DNA of 64,000 nucleotides from Candidatus Komeilibacteria bacterium (lineage in GTDB: Bacteria; Patescibacteriota; Patescibacteriia; UBA1558). The stretch covers positions 72,013 through 136,012 of the forward strand of contig JBLYPX010000001.1 in NCBI GenBank assembly GCA_048538235.1, in the 5' to 3' direction. Below the pieces are notes generated by a model. The model saw only the letters and a program-made list of their open reading frames with translations, was not told the origin of the DNA and searched no databases. Shown piece after piece: positions 39,379 to 48,398 of this stretch. Each line of letters begins with the position of its first letter. Position 1 is the first letter of the stretch. The position numbers and the translations under genes were made by a program.

Positions 39379-39950
39379 CCGCGACAATGAATAAGGAAGA
39401 ATTTGATTTTAAAAAACAAGGAGTAGCAATAGTAACTATTTCCAGTTGTCTAGATATATTGAATTTAATAGTTGAAGGTTCTTTCAGGAAGGGTACGCCT
39501 TATTTTTTGGAAAGTTTATTCGTGCGACTTAGGCATCTGTCATACTTTTTTTCTAGCAAAAAGTCACCTTTGATCAAATATAGAGATAAGTTTAGCCAGC
39601 AAGAATTGGATATTATAGACAAAATTATTAATGCGCGTGGGGCTGCCGCTCACCCAGAATCAGAATCTCATTGGTTGAATGGTTATATAATGATTAGTGG
39701 AGCAATGAATTTTAACAATGGGGATGTTGGTGTTCAATATGGTTCCAATATTATTTTTTTAAAAAAAGAGATTATTCCTGTGTATAAGAAATTTAGAGAG
39801 ATTTTTTCTCAAGCACCAGAACTATCTGACTCTATAAATCGTCTTAGTTGGGAAATGGATGATAAAAAGTTTGAAAAGTTGGAAAAAGAAATTACTGATT
39901 TATTAAAAGAACCAACTAAACTTTTTAAGGATAGACTGGATTACACGTAG
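39375..39950 (+). CDS. Putative HEPN-domain protein
   Basis: LESLFVRLR and the RGAAAH (RxxxxH) motif. Confidence 0.5.
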   Translation: MTATMNKEEFDFKKQGVAIVTISSCLDILNLIVEGSFRKGTPYFLESLFVRLRHLSYFFSSKKSPLIKYRDKFSQQELDIIDKIINARGAAAHPESESHWLNGYIMISGAMNFNNGDVGVQYGSNIIFLKKEIIPVYKKFREIFSQAPELSDSINRLSWEMDDKKFEKLEKEITDLLKEPTKLFKDRLDYT

Positions 39951-40114
39951 TTGTAACATTAATAATCTATTTGTGTCACTTTTGTCACTTTTATAGTGCA
40001 CGAGGATCTTATTTATCAAAGTTATAAAATATAGTAAAATAACCTTACTGGGCTTGAAAAACCAACGGTTCCAGCACGAAGTAGCCCGCCAGTTTGTATT
40101 GATTGATTATAGCT

Positions 40115-40141
40115 AAACATTCAATTAATGGGTGTTTTTTT
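40115..40141 (+). terminator. Probable intrinsic terminator
   Basis: AAACATTCA-attaa-TGGGTGTTT-tttt. Confidence 0.5.
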
Positions 40142-40213
40142 GTTTGTGCTAGCTTGATTTTATAGGCTCTGAGGTGTATTTTATATTCGTATTAAAAGAA
40201 ATTAATTTTTAAA

Positions 40214-43200
40214 ATGATCGAAGTAAAGATAGTAGATACAAATAATAGCTTATTAAATGAGGACCAGTCTGAGGTTGTTGGAAAGATTGAAAGTCCAGCT
40301 CAGCAAAAATTATATAAACAATTAAAAAAATATAATAATGAAGTCGCCAACACTTATAGGGGGGCTTTAATTGTTTTAATGTCTAAAGATAATCCTGATC
40401 GTTTTAAACAATCTGCTCATTCGTTGAGGCTATTAAGTGGATTAATAGTGAGAGATATAATTGTTGAGGATAAGAGTGACAATAGAGCTGTCACAGATAT
40501 TGTTTTGGACTGGCTTAATAGTTACTCAAAAAACAATCCGCCAACATATGAAGAAATTGATTCGTTTAAGAAAAAGTTAGAAATTTTTACATTAAATCAT
40601 ATTAAAAAAATGATATTAATGATAAGGAAAGACGATCCTATGGGTGGTCCACCAGAACACGTAATTAGACAAATAACTAGAGAGTGGAATGATCTACATA
40701 ATTTTTTTAATAGAGTCGCTAAAACTGGAAATACAACAGAATCAGATTTTAAAAACCATCTTTCTGAGATGGAATTGATTTTATTTAACATCACAAGTAG
40801 TTATTATGATAATAGAGACCAAATAGAAAAAGTATTAAATAAAAAGCCATCAGTTAGACTCGCAAAAGAATTATCTAAAATGATAGTCTCTTATAGGAGT
40901 TATGAGTATTTGTTTGAACGTGCTTCATCAGACTGGTTGACGCCGTTAAGAGGTGTTGGCTTTTTTGTCTTGCCAGAGCAAAGCTTAAGAATATGGCCCC
41001 CTTCTAAATATCTATTAAGAATAATTGCTGAAAAGCCTGAGGAAATTGTTGGTATAGTTAATTCTTTCTCCGACACTTCAAATCCAGCCATTATTGATGA
41101 TATTATCAACATGGCTTTAAACGTAGATATCAAATATACGCTAGAAATAATTAAAATAATTTTTCAGAAGAAATGGGTTATAAATGGTTTTTTTGGAGAT
41201 AATTATTGGTCTGGACATAATGTATATAAATTAATAGATTATCTAGTAAAAAACAATAAGGCTGATGCTGCTTTAAAATTATTTCAAAATTTTTTATCTT
41301 TTGATAAGGAAACAGAAGGAGTTGGTCTAAGATCTGCCAAACCTCACATAAGGGTTCATGACTATAGGGACTTGTTGGATAAGCATATAGATAGTCTAGT
41401 AGAGATTAAACCAACAGAAACGATTGAGGTTATTGCAAAATTTTTAAACGCAACATACTTAAAAATCTATACGGATGCAGGAGGTAAAAGGGTTTATTCG
41501 AGAAAAGAAGACTATTCTTATTTAGATTATAAGGACATTGAAGAAGGTATGTACCATTTGGATAGCGCTACTATCATTTTGTTAAGATCTCTAATTAATT
41601 TACTTGAAAATGTCGCCACAAATAATCACGGTATAATATTTGACTGTATGGATAAATTAAATTATCCACTTTATATTTTTAGAATGATTAAGTTAAGGAT
41701 GTATAATAAATTTCCATCTTTATTTAAAGGAGAAATCAAAAGTAGTTTGTTAAAATCAGAAAACTATGAGGATATTAATGATATCGGTGAAGTCTTTTCA
41801 GAATTAGTTGTTAATAATTTTAAATTATTAAATAACGCTGAAAAAGAAAAAGTATTTAAAATCACTGAGAAGTGCCCAAAGTATATTTTAGAATTACGAG
41901 ATATAACCCAAGAACAAATAGACGAATTTTTTGAGCGGTGGAGATATAAAAATTTATATTTAGTGAAGGCCTTTTTAAATGGAGACAGCAAAGTGTGGTT
42001 TGATTCTGTAAAAGATAAATATTCTCCTCCAGACTTTACGAAAGGTTTATCAACTACATGGGTTGGACCGACTAGTGATATTACTGTAACAGATTTTAAC
42101 AGTATGGATCCAGACGTAATAATAAGGGAGCTTGATGAATGGATTCCGCCAAAAGGATCAATGGTAGACACGCCGGAGGGTAGAGGTCGTAATTTGAGTG
42201 AATCGATTAAATTTAACCCCAATAAATATTTTCCCCTTGCGTTAGAGTTTATTAAAAAAAAGCTTCGCTTTACATACATTCATCATTTATTTTGGGGTTT
42301 TGAATTAGCACACAGAGAAAAACATCCAATGGATTGGGATAAAATTATTGACGCCGGAATTAACTTGGTTAGGCTAGATAAGGATAATATAGATAAGTTT
42401 CCTAAAACAAGTAATGATGATTTTGAATATGATCACGATGGTGCAGTGAGGTCGTTATTGAGTTTAATCGATCAGGGGTTGGGTCAAAAGGAAATAGATA
42501 TGCCTGTGAGTAGAAGGGGTGATATATGGGAAATAATAAAAAAAGGTACTAAAAGCACTTACCCTGATTTGGAACATGAAAAAGAGTATGGAGGCAACAA
42601 CATGGATCCGTTTACTATGTCTATCAACACAACTAGGGGCGAGGCCATGCACGCCTTAATAAGATATGCTTCTTGGATTGTTCAGCAATCTAAAGAAAAA
42701 AGAGGTTTACCAAAAGAGGTTCTTCAAGTATTAAATTATCATTTGGATTATAAAAATGATCCAACAGAAACTATTCATTGTATTTATGGAAGATATCTAC
42801 CATTTCTTTCGCACCACGAGCCTGAGTGGGTTAAAAAAAATATGAAGCTAATATTTCCAGACGAAAAGGAAAAGTTTTTGGTTTGGAAAGCGACTTTTGG
42901 GACTTATTTAAGAGGTAATATGTATATTGATCTTTTCTCAGAACTTTTTGGGCAATATAGTAAAGCTATAGAATATGTTTCAACAATTGAAGATGAGAAA
43001 AATGAACATGATCATTTTGTAGAAGCGCTTGCGAACCATATAGCTTTAGCACTGGTTTACAACGCAGAAAATGCGACAAGTATTGCAGAAAAATTATTTA
43101 AAGCCAAAAACGATAGATTAAAAAAGCATATTGTATTTTATATAGGCGCTAATATATTGAAGCCAGATTTGAGAAATATGAGGGATAAAAAATACGCAGA

Positions 43201-43612
43201 TCCAGAAAAAGTAAAATGGATTTGGGAAAAAATAATTAATGAGTTATCACCAGATGTGGCTGAAGGTTTTGGTTATTGGTTTATTAATAGCCCGTTTGAT
43301 AAGAGATTTACTATCGATCAGCTTGTAGAAACATTAAGAATTACTAGGGGGCAATTAGATGGTGAATATCAAATTCATAATAAATTAAATGATTACGTGG
43401 ATGATTATCCAACAGAGGTTTTTGAATGTATAGAATTAATAATTAGGGGAGACCCTCATAAGGGACGTTTGTTTTATCGTATTACTGAATATGTGGGGTT
43501 GATGCGAAAAATTAAAGATAGAGCTGATAAAGAATTGATTATAAAAATGAGCAAATTAGCAGATTATCTTGGAAAGAATGGTTTCGAGAATGAATTTGAA
43601 GAGTTTAAATAG
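40214..43612 (+). CDS. Large helical protein, putative defence factor (nuclease-like N-terminus, Avs/SIR2-associated-like C-terminus)
   Basis: 1132 aa; NPDRFKQSAHSLR N-terminus, TWVGP and SINTTRGEAM motifs; no Walker A seen. Confidence 0.55.
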   Translation: MIEVKIVDTNNSLLNEDQSEVVGKIESPAQQKLYKQLKKYNNEVANTYRGALIVLMSKDNPDRFKQSAHSLRLLSGLIVRDIIVEDKSDNRAVTDIVLDWLNSYSKNNPPTYEEIDSFKKKLEIFTLNHIKKMILMIRKDDPMGGPPEHVIRQITREWNDLHNFFNRVAKTGNTTESDFKNHLSEMELILFNITSSYYDNRDQIEKVLNKKPSVRLAKELSKMIVSYRSYEYLFERASSDWLTPLRGVGFFVLPEQSLRIWPPSKYLLRIIAEKPEEIVGIVNSFSDTSNPAIIDDIINMALNVDIKYTLEIIKIIFQKKWVINGFFGDNYWSGHNVYKLIDYLVKNNKADAALKLFQNFLSFDKETEGVGLRSAKPHIRVHDYRDLLDKHIDSLVEIKPTETIEVIAKFLNATYLKIYTDAGGKRVYSRKEDYSYLDYKDIEEGMYHLDSATIILLRSLINLLENVATNNHGIIFDCMDKLNYPLYIFRMIKLRMYNKFPSLFKGEIKSSLLKSENYEDINDIGEVFSELVVNNFKLLNNAEKEKVFKITEKCPKYILELRDITQEQIDEFFERWRYKNLYLVKAFLNGDSKVWFDSVKDKYSPPDFTKGLSTTWVGPTSDITVTDFNSMDPDVIIRELDEWIPPKGSMVDTPEGRGRNLSESIKFNPNKYFPLALEFIKKKLRFTYIHHLFWGFELAHREKHPMDWDKIIDAGINLVRLDKDNIDKFPKTSNDDFEYDHDGAVRSLLSLIDQGLGQKEIDMPVSRRGDIWEIIKKGTKSTYPDLEHEKEYGGNNMDPFTMSINTTRGEAMHALIRYASWIVQQSKEKRGLPKEVLQVLNYHLDYKNDPTETIHCIYGRYLPFLSHHEPEWVKKNMKLIFPDEKEKFLVWKATFGTYLRGNMYIDLFSELFGQYSKAIEYVSTIEDEKNEHDHFVEALANHIALALVYNAENATSIAEKLFKAKNDRLKKHIVFYIGANILKPDLRNMRDKKYADPEKVKWIWEKIINELSPDVAEGFGYWFINSPFDKRFTIDQLVETLRITRGQLDGEYQIHNKLNDYVDDYPTEVFECIELIIRGDPHKGRLFYRITEYVGLMRKIKDRADKELIIKMSKLADYLGKNGFENEFEEFK

Positions 43613-43815
43613 TTGCTGCATGTTACTGTGTTAATTAATTTTTATAATTGTAATTGTAGTATAAACATTATGAGATTTGTGTATGGAAAGACAAGAGTTA
43701 TTTATAATTTTTTTCGGCTTACTGACGCTAAACTTATTTATGATGAATCTAGTTAAGTAGCCCAACAGGCTATTTTTTGTTAAAATAATATAGTATTAAA
43801 TAACAATTATTACAT

Positions 43816-44199
43816 ATGAAAACTATTTTAGTAGACGCAATACATGCGTTCGTGATAAAAGGAGAGGGAATTTTTGAGGATATGCACAAGCTCTTAGAAG
43901 AATATCCAAATAAAAAAATAATCTTAACAAATGCTGACGATGAAGAGATGCTTAAGTTTGGATTAGATCAAATGCCTTATGAGGTTTTTACATTAAAGCA
44001 TAATCCAGACAAAACAGATAAAGAATACTATAATAAAATGCTTAGTTTATTAAATTTAGACGTTAATGATGTTATATATTTTGAGCATAGTGCTGAAGCT
44101 GTTGAAAATGCTAAGTCTGTTGGAATTAAAACCTTTTATTATGATAGTGAAACTAAAGATTTAGTTTCATTAAAAAAGTTTATTGACGATAATTTATAA
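43816..44199 (+). CDS. HAD-like hydrolase
   Basis: ILVDA, ILTNA, KHNPDK and YFEHS..VENAKSVGI (degenerate HAD motifs). Confidence 0.7.
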   Translation: MKTILVDAIHAFVIKGEGIFEDMHKLLEEYPNKKIILTNADDEEMLKFGLDQMPYEVFTLKHNPDKTDKEYYNKMLSLLNLDVNDVIYFEHSAEAVENAKSVGIKTFYYDSETKDLVSLKKFIDDNL

Positions 44200-44228
44200 T
44201 ATTTATATATTTAATTGATTCAGTGCTA

Positions 44229-44906
44229 TTAATTCTTAGCTATAACTAGCGCCCATACTTTGTGGGCGTTATTTTTTTTGAGAAGTTTCGCTTGTTCATT
44301 TAAAGTAGAGCCAGTGGTTATTACGTCGTCTATTAATAATATATTCTTATTCTGTATTTCTTTTATGTTTTGTATAGTAAAACAATCTTTAATGTTTTTT
44401 AATCTTTGTTTTTTATTAAGCTCAGCTTGGTGTTTAATATTCTTTTTTCTATACAAAACATTTAGAAGTGTTGGTAAATTAAGATTATTGGCTATTAATA
44501 TACTTTGGTTAAAGCCCCTTTCTAATTCTCTTTTCTTGTGAAGGGGAGTAGGTATTATTAATATATCTTTTGGTAATTTAATACTTTCTAGCTTATTAAG
44601 CATTAATTTACTTAAAGGTTTGTTCAAATCTTTAATATATTTGTATTTATAGTAATGGATTGTTTTTTGCAGTATCTCATTACTATAATCTGCACAGATT
44701 ATTACTTCATCTAAATATGATTTAGATTTACAGGTATTACATAATTTATCTGTTGTTTGTTCTTTATTACACAATGGACATTGTTTAACAGTTCTTAGGT
44801 TAATGGTATTAAAACAATCTGAGCATAAAAATTTACCCTCTTTGTTACAATGAATGCATTCAATGGGAAAGATAAAGTCTAGGATTAATTTAAATATTTT
44901 TTTCAT
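44229..44906 (-). CDS. comF: Competence protein ComF (double zinc ribbon + PRTase)
   Basis: Four CxxC pairs, ERGFNQS and LLIDDVITTGSTL. Confidence 0.92.
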   Translation of the reverse strand: MKKIFKLILDFIFPIECIHCNKEGKFLCSDCFNTINLRTVKQCPLCNKEQTTDKLCNTCKSKSYLDEVIICADYSNEILQKTIHYYKYKYIKDLNKPLSKLMLNKLESIKLPKDILIIPTPLHKKRELERGFNQSILIANNLNLPTLLNVLYRKKNIKHQAELNKKQRLKNIKDCFTIQNIKEIQNKNILLIDDVITTGSTLNEQAKLLKKNNAHKVWALVIAKN

Positions 44907-44956
44907 ATAAAAAAGAGTCGTAAATAAACGACCCTTTAATATATATAATGCATTAT

Positions 44957-47458
44957 TTAACTAATAGTTATCTTATCTTTAGTTACACCAATCTTTAATA
45001 CTTTTTCTTCTGTTATTTCTTCACTTAGTAGTTTGTTAGCAAGTGGTGCTTCTATTTGGTTCTGAATAGCTCTGCGTATACCTCTAGCACCTTGGTCTGG
45101 AGAAAATCCTTGCGAGACAATTAGATCAAAAGCTTTAGTAGAAATTTGTGCTTTTAATTTTTGAGCAAGTAATCTCTTTAATAGTTCACTAGTTTGTAAT
45201 TTAGCTATCTGTAGAAGAGCAGCTTTATTTAATGGTTGGAAAATAATATTTTCATCTATTCTATTAATAAACTCTGGTCTGAAATGATCTTTCATACCAT
45301 TAACAATTCTTTGACTTAATTCTGCAAACTTAGATTTTTCTACAGCTTCATCTGTTTCTTCTTCACCAAAACCAATAGCAGCTTGTCTGTTAAATTCTTG
45401 TAAGCCAATATTTGATGTCATTATTATAATACTATTTTTAAAGTTAATAGTTTTACCAGTAGCATCTGTTATTTGACCATCTTCTAGGATAGGTAAGAGT
45501 AAATTGTATACATCTGGATGAGCTTTTTCAATTTCATCAAATAATACTACAGAGTATGGTTGGTGTTTAATGGCATCTGTTAATTTACCAGTTTCTTTGT
45601 AACCAACATAACCAGCAGGAGCACCAATTAATTTAGAGATATTAAAGCTCTCAGAGAATTCTGACATATCTATTCTAATTAAGGCATCGTCTCTACCAAA
45701 GAATTCTTTAGCTAGCACCTTAGCTGTCTCTGTTTTACCTACCCCCGATGGCCCTAAGAAGATAAATGAACCAATTGGTCTGTTTGGATTAGCTAAGCCT
45801 GTTCTTGATCTTCTAATGCTTTGAGCTAAAGCGTGTAAGGCCTGATCTTGCCCTATAATATGCTTTTTAAGGTCATTCTCAAGCTCTAGGAGCCTTTCTT
45901 TCTCAGGTAGGGCTAAATCCCTAACTGGAACCCTAGCCATCTTAGAAACAACCTCAGCAATGTGTTGACGAGTAATTTTACCTAATATTTTACTAGGAGC
46001 TTCTTCAGATTTTTTTAATTGATCTAATCTTTCTTGTAATTCATTCTCTTTTTCTTTCAAAGCCATAGCGTGTGAGAATTCTTCATTAGTAATAGCTGCT
46101 TCTTTATCTGTAATAATCTTTTTTAAATTATTCTCATAATTTCTAATCGCTTTATTACGACCATCTTTAGTAGTCTCAACTTTTAATTTAGCAGCCGCTT
46201 CATCTACTAGATCAATAGCTTTATCTGGTAAGAATTTATCTTGTAAATAACGGATACTATAATCTACAGCTGCTTCAATAGCTTCATCTGTAATTTTAAC
46301 ATTGTGGTATTTCTCATAATTCTTTTTAAGCCCCTGAATAATTTGAATGCTTTCGTCTCTAGTAGATTCTTTAACTTGAATAGGTTGAAATCTTCTTTCA
46401 AAAGCTGCATCAGATTCAATGTACTTTTTAAATTCTTCAGGAGTCGTTATACCTATACATCTTAAACTGCCACGAGCAAGGGCTGGCTTTAATAGATTAG
46501 CAGCATCTAATGAACCGGTCGCAGAACCAGCACCCATTAAATTATGTATTTCATCAATAAAGAGAATAATGTTTTTATCTTGTTTAACTTCGTCAATTAT
46601 TTTTTTTATTCTGTTTTCAAACTCACCTCTGTAAATAGTACCAGCCACAGTAGAGCCAAGATCTAGACTCATTATCTTTTTATTAGCCAGTACATCTGGA
46701 ACTTTACCCGACATTATTCTTTTAGCTAACCCTTCAATAATAGCTGTTTTACCAACACCAGGATCTCCTAAGAGAATAGGGTTATTTTTTGTACGACGAG
46801 ATAATATTTGTATTAGTCTATCTATTTCTACTTCTCTACCAATAACAGGATCAATATTTTTTTGAATTTCTTCATCTGTTAAATCTATAGTGTAGTAAGA
46901 AAGAGCAGAGCCTTCATCCATAGCATGTGGGCTCATTATTCTTTCCATTTCATTACCAGGTATTGAGTTATCTTTATTAGTAGCTGTGAGGTCAGAGAAC
47001 TTACTAGTACTTTGTAAAACAGTTTCTAATTGTTTACGAATAGCTTGCAAGTCTACTGCTTTACTGTTTAAGAATTTCAATAACCCACCATCTTGGCTTT
47101 TAAGAAGGCTAGCTAGTAAATGTTCAGTACCAATATATTTATGTCCATATTCAAAAGCAACTGAAACAGATTTTTCAATTATCTTTTGGGTAATAGTAGA
47201 TAGGGTAGGAACTTCATTAGCATCACCCATACTACCAGTATTTAGAACGGCTAATATATCTTTAGCTTCTTCAGCTGTAAATCTATTCTTAGCTAAAATA
47301 TCTGCTCCAATACAGCCTTTTTCTGCTGTAATAGCATAAAGTAGGTGTAGAGGCTTAACACTATCATTTCTAAGGCTAATAGCTAATTCTTGCGCTGTAC
47401 TCAGCGTTTTCTTAAAATGATTAGTAAATTTGTCAAAAGTTGAATCTAGAGAATTCAT
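44957..47458 (-). CDS. clpC: ATP-dependent Clp protease ATP-binding subunit ClpC
   Basis: Clp-N repeats, RRTKNNP..GDPGVGKT, UVR middle domain, GPSGVGKT and RIDMSEF. Confidence 0.95.
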   Translation of the reverse strand: MNSLDSTFDKFTNHFKKTLSTAQELAISLRNDSVKPLHLLYAITAEKGCIGADILAKNRFTAEEAKDILAVLNTGSMGDANEVPTLSTITQKIIEKSVSVAFEYGHKYIGTEHLLASLLKSQDGGLLKFLNSKAVDLQAIRKQLETVLQSTSKFSDLTATNKDNSIPGNEMERIMSPHAMDEGSALSYYTIDLTDEEIQKNIDPVIGREVEIDRLIQILSRRTKNNPILLGDPGVGKTAIIEGLAKRIMSGKVPDVLANKKIMSLDLGSTVAGTIYRGEFENRIKKIIDEVKQDKNIILFIDEIHNLMGAGSATGSLDAANLLKPALARGSLRCIGITTPEEFKKYIESDAAFERRFQPIQVKESTRDESIQIIQGLKKNYEKYHNVKITDEAIEAAVDYSIRYLQDKFLPDKAIDLVDEAAAKLKVETTKDGRNKAIRNYENNLKKIITDKEAAITNEEFSHAMALKEKENELQERLDQLKKSEEAPSKILGKITRQHIAEVVSKMARVPVRDLALPEKERLLELENDLKKHIIGQDQALHALAQSIRRSRTGLANPNRPIGSFIFLGPSGVGKTETAKVLAKEFFGRDDALIRIDMSEFSESFNISKLIGAPAGYVGYKETGKLTDAIKHQPYSVVLFDEIEKAHPDVYNLLLPILEDGQITDATGKTINFKNSIIIMTSNIGLQEFNRQAAIGFGEEETDEAVEKSKFAELSQRIVNGMKDHFRPEFINRIDENIIFQPLNKAALLQIAKLQTSELLKRLLAQKLKAQISTKAFDLIVSQGFSPDQGARGIRRAIQNQIEAPLANKLLSEEITEEKVLKIGVTKDKITIS

Positions 47459-47535
47459 TATGTAAATTATTATTGTTTAAGGTATATATAAATGTAGCAA
47501 AATACGGGGTTTTGTCAAGAAAAAAATACCACTTC

Positions 47536-47564
47536 TTGACATTTTCTTAAATATATGCTATCAT
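47536..47564 (+). promoter_or_regulatory. Sigma70-type promoter of the DGR-target-like cassette
   Basis: TTGACA-N17-TATCAT with extended TG. Confidence 0.75.
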
Positions 47565-47721
47565 ATATTATTAATATTTAGCACATTTATAAAGGGTTAA
47601 TAGTCATAGCTAAAAGAAGGTTAATAGTAGTCTTTTTCTAGCTATGACTATATAGGATAGAATAGCTCCTACCTCGGATTAGAGGAAGTATGACGGCTCA
47701 ATTTAGAGCAAGGAGATTATT

Positions 47722-48258
47722 ATGAGTAAAAGTTTTGCATCAGCAGATTACACCATGGGTCAGATGAATGCTGTGGCTAAGATGATGCAACAGCAGTTTG
47801 GTGATGACGCAGTGGATCGTTTCCTTCGTGGCAACGTTGAACTCACTGTCAAAACCCACACCATCGATTGCGACGCAGATCCATTCGTTCCAGATGGTTG
47901 GAAGGTGGAAGAACACACCAAAAGCAGACAGTTTGAATGGAATACAGACAAGGTAGAGCTTTACCTTTCTGATGAGCAGAAAAAAGGTTTTATTGAGGGC
48001 AACAAAATTCGTAAGCTTCTCAAAGATAAGCATGCTCTCAACGCCAATGTTTTGGACTACCTCTTAGCTCATCCTGAGCTTATTCCCGAAGAGTGGAAAG
48101 GAAAAGCTATTTGCTTCTGGGGTACCATTTATCGCAACTCGGACGGTATTCTGTGTGTTCGTTATCTCTACTGGGATGGCCACAGGTGGCACTGGTGCGG
48201 CGATTGGCTCGATGACTACTTCGACAACGGCGGTCTTGCTGTTCTGTCTCGCAAGTAG
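47722..48258 (+). CDS. Probable DGR variable (target) protein
   Basis: SD AAGGAG; C-terminal VRYLYWDGHRWHWCGDWLDDYF; last 41 codons have no A at position 3; downstream GAA-loop hairpin. Confidence 0.7.
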   Translation: MSKSFASADYTMGQMNAVAKMMQQQFGDDAVDRFLRGNVELTVKTHTIDCDADPFVPDGWKVEEHTKSRQFEWNTDKVELYLSDEQKKGFIEGNKIRKLLKDKHALNANVLDYLLAHPELIPEEWKGKAICFWGTIYRNSDGILCVRYLYWDGHRWHWCGDWLDDYFDNGGLAVLSRK

Positions 48259-48315
48259 TTAGTCCTTGAACTTAGGTTCTTTGTGCTTAACACTTGAACC
48301 TTAGCCCTTTGAACT
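48259..48315 (+). repeat. Degenerate ~7-nt tandem repeat (8 units)
   Basis: ttagtcc ttgaac ttaggttc tttgtgc ttaacac ttgaacc ttagccc tttgaac. Confidence 0.6.
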
Positions 48316-48320
48316 AAAAC

Positions 48321-48353
48321 AATCCTCCGTTTAACGAAGTTAAACGGAGGATT
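48321..48353. other. Perfect 15-bp inverted repeat with GAA triloop (DGR homing hairpin-like and/or terminator)
   Basis: AATCCTCCGTTTAAC-GAA-GTTAAACGGAGGATT. Confidence 0.8.
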
Positions 48354-48398
48354 TTAATTATGGTATACTAGAGTTGGTATTCACTGTATAATGTTTCT

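Larger units (their letters stand above)
19970..43800. mobile_element. Genomic island at tRNA-Ser(GGA); recombinase/terminase element probably spans 19970-40091, outer right boundary approximate
   Basis: Starts at the tRNA 3' end; contains a serine recombinase, terminase, MTases and defence-like genes; GCACGAGGAT repeated at 19980 and 39998; housekeeping genes resume at comF/clpC. Confidence 0.8.

Noticed and set aside
40085-40091. CCCGCCA as a classical duplicated tRNA 3' end (attR)
   Set aside because: Only 6 nt match the tRNA end, too short to stand alone; kept only as supporting context
48259-48315. CRISPR array
   Set aside because: Units are ~7 nt with no spacers; no 25-45 nt repeat array or cas gene is seen in the window
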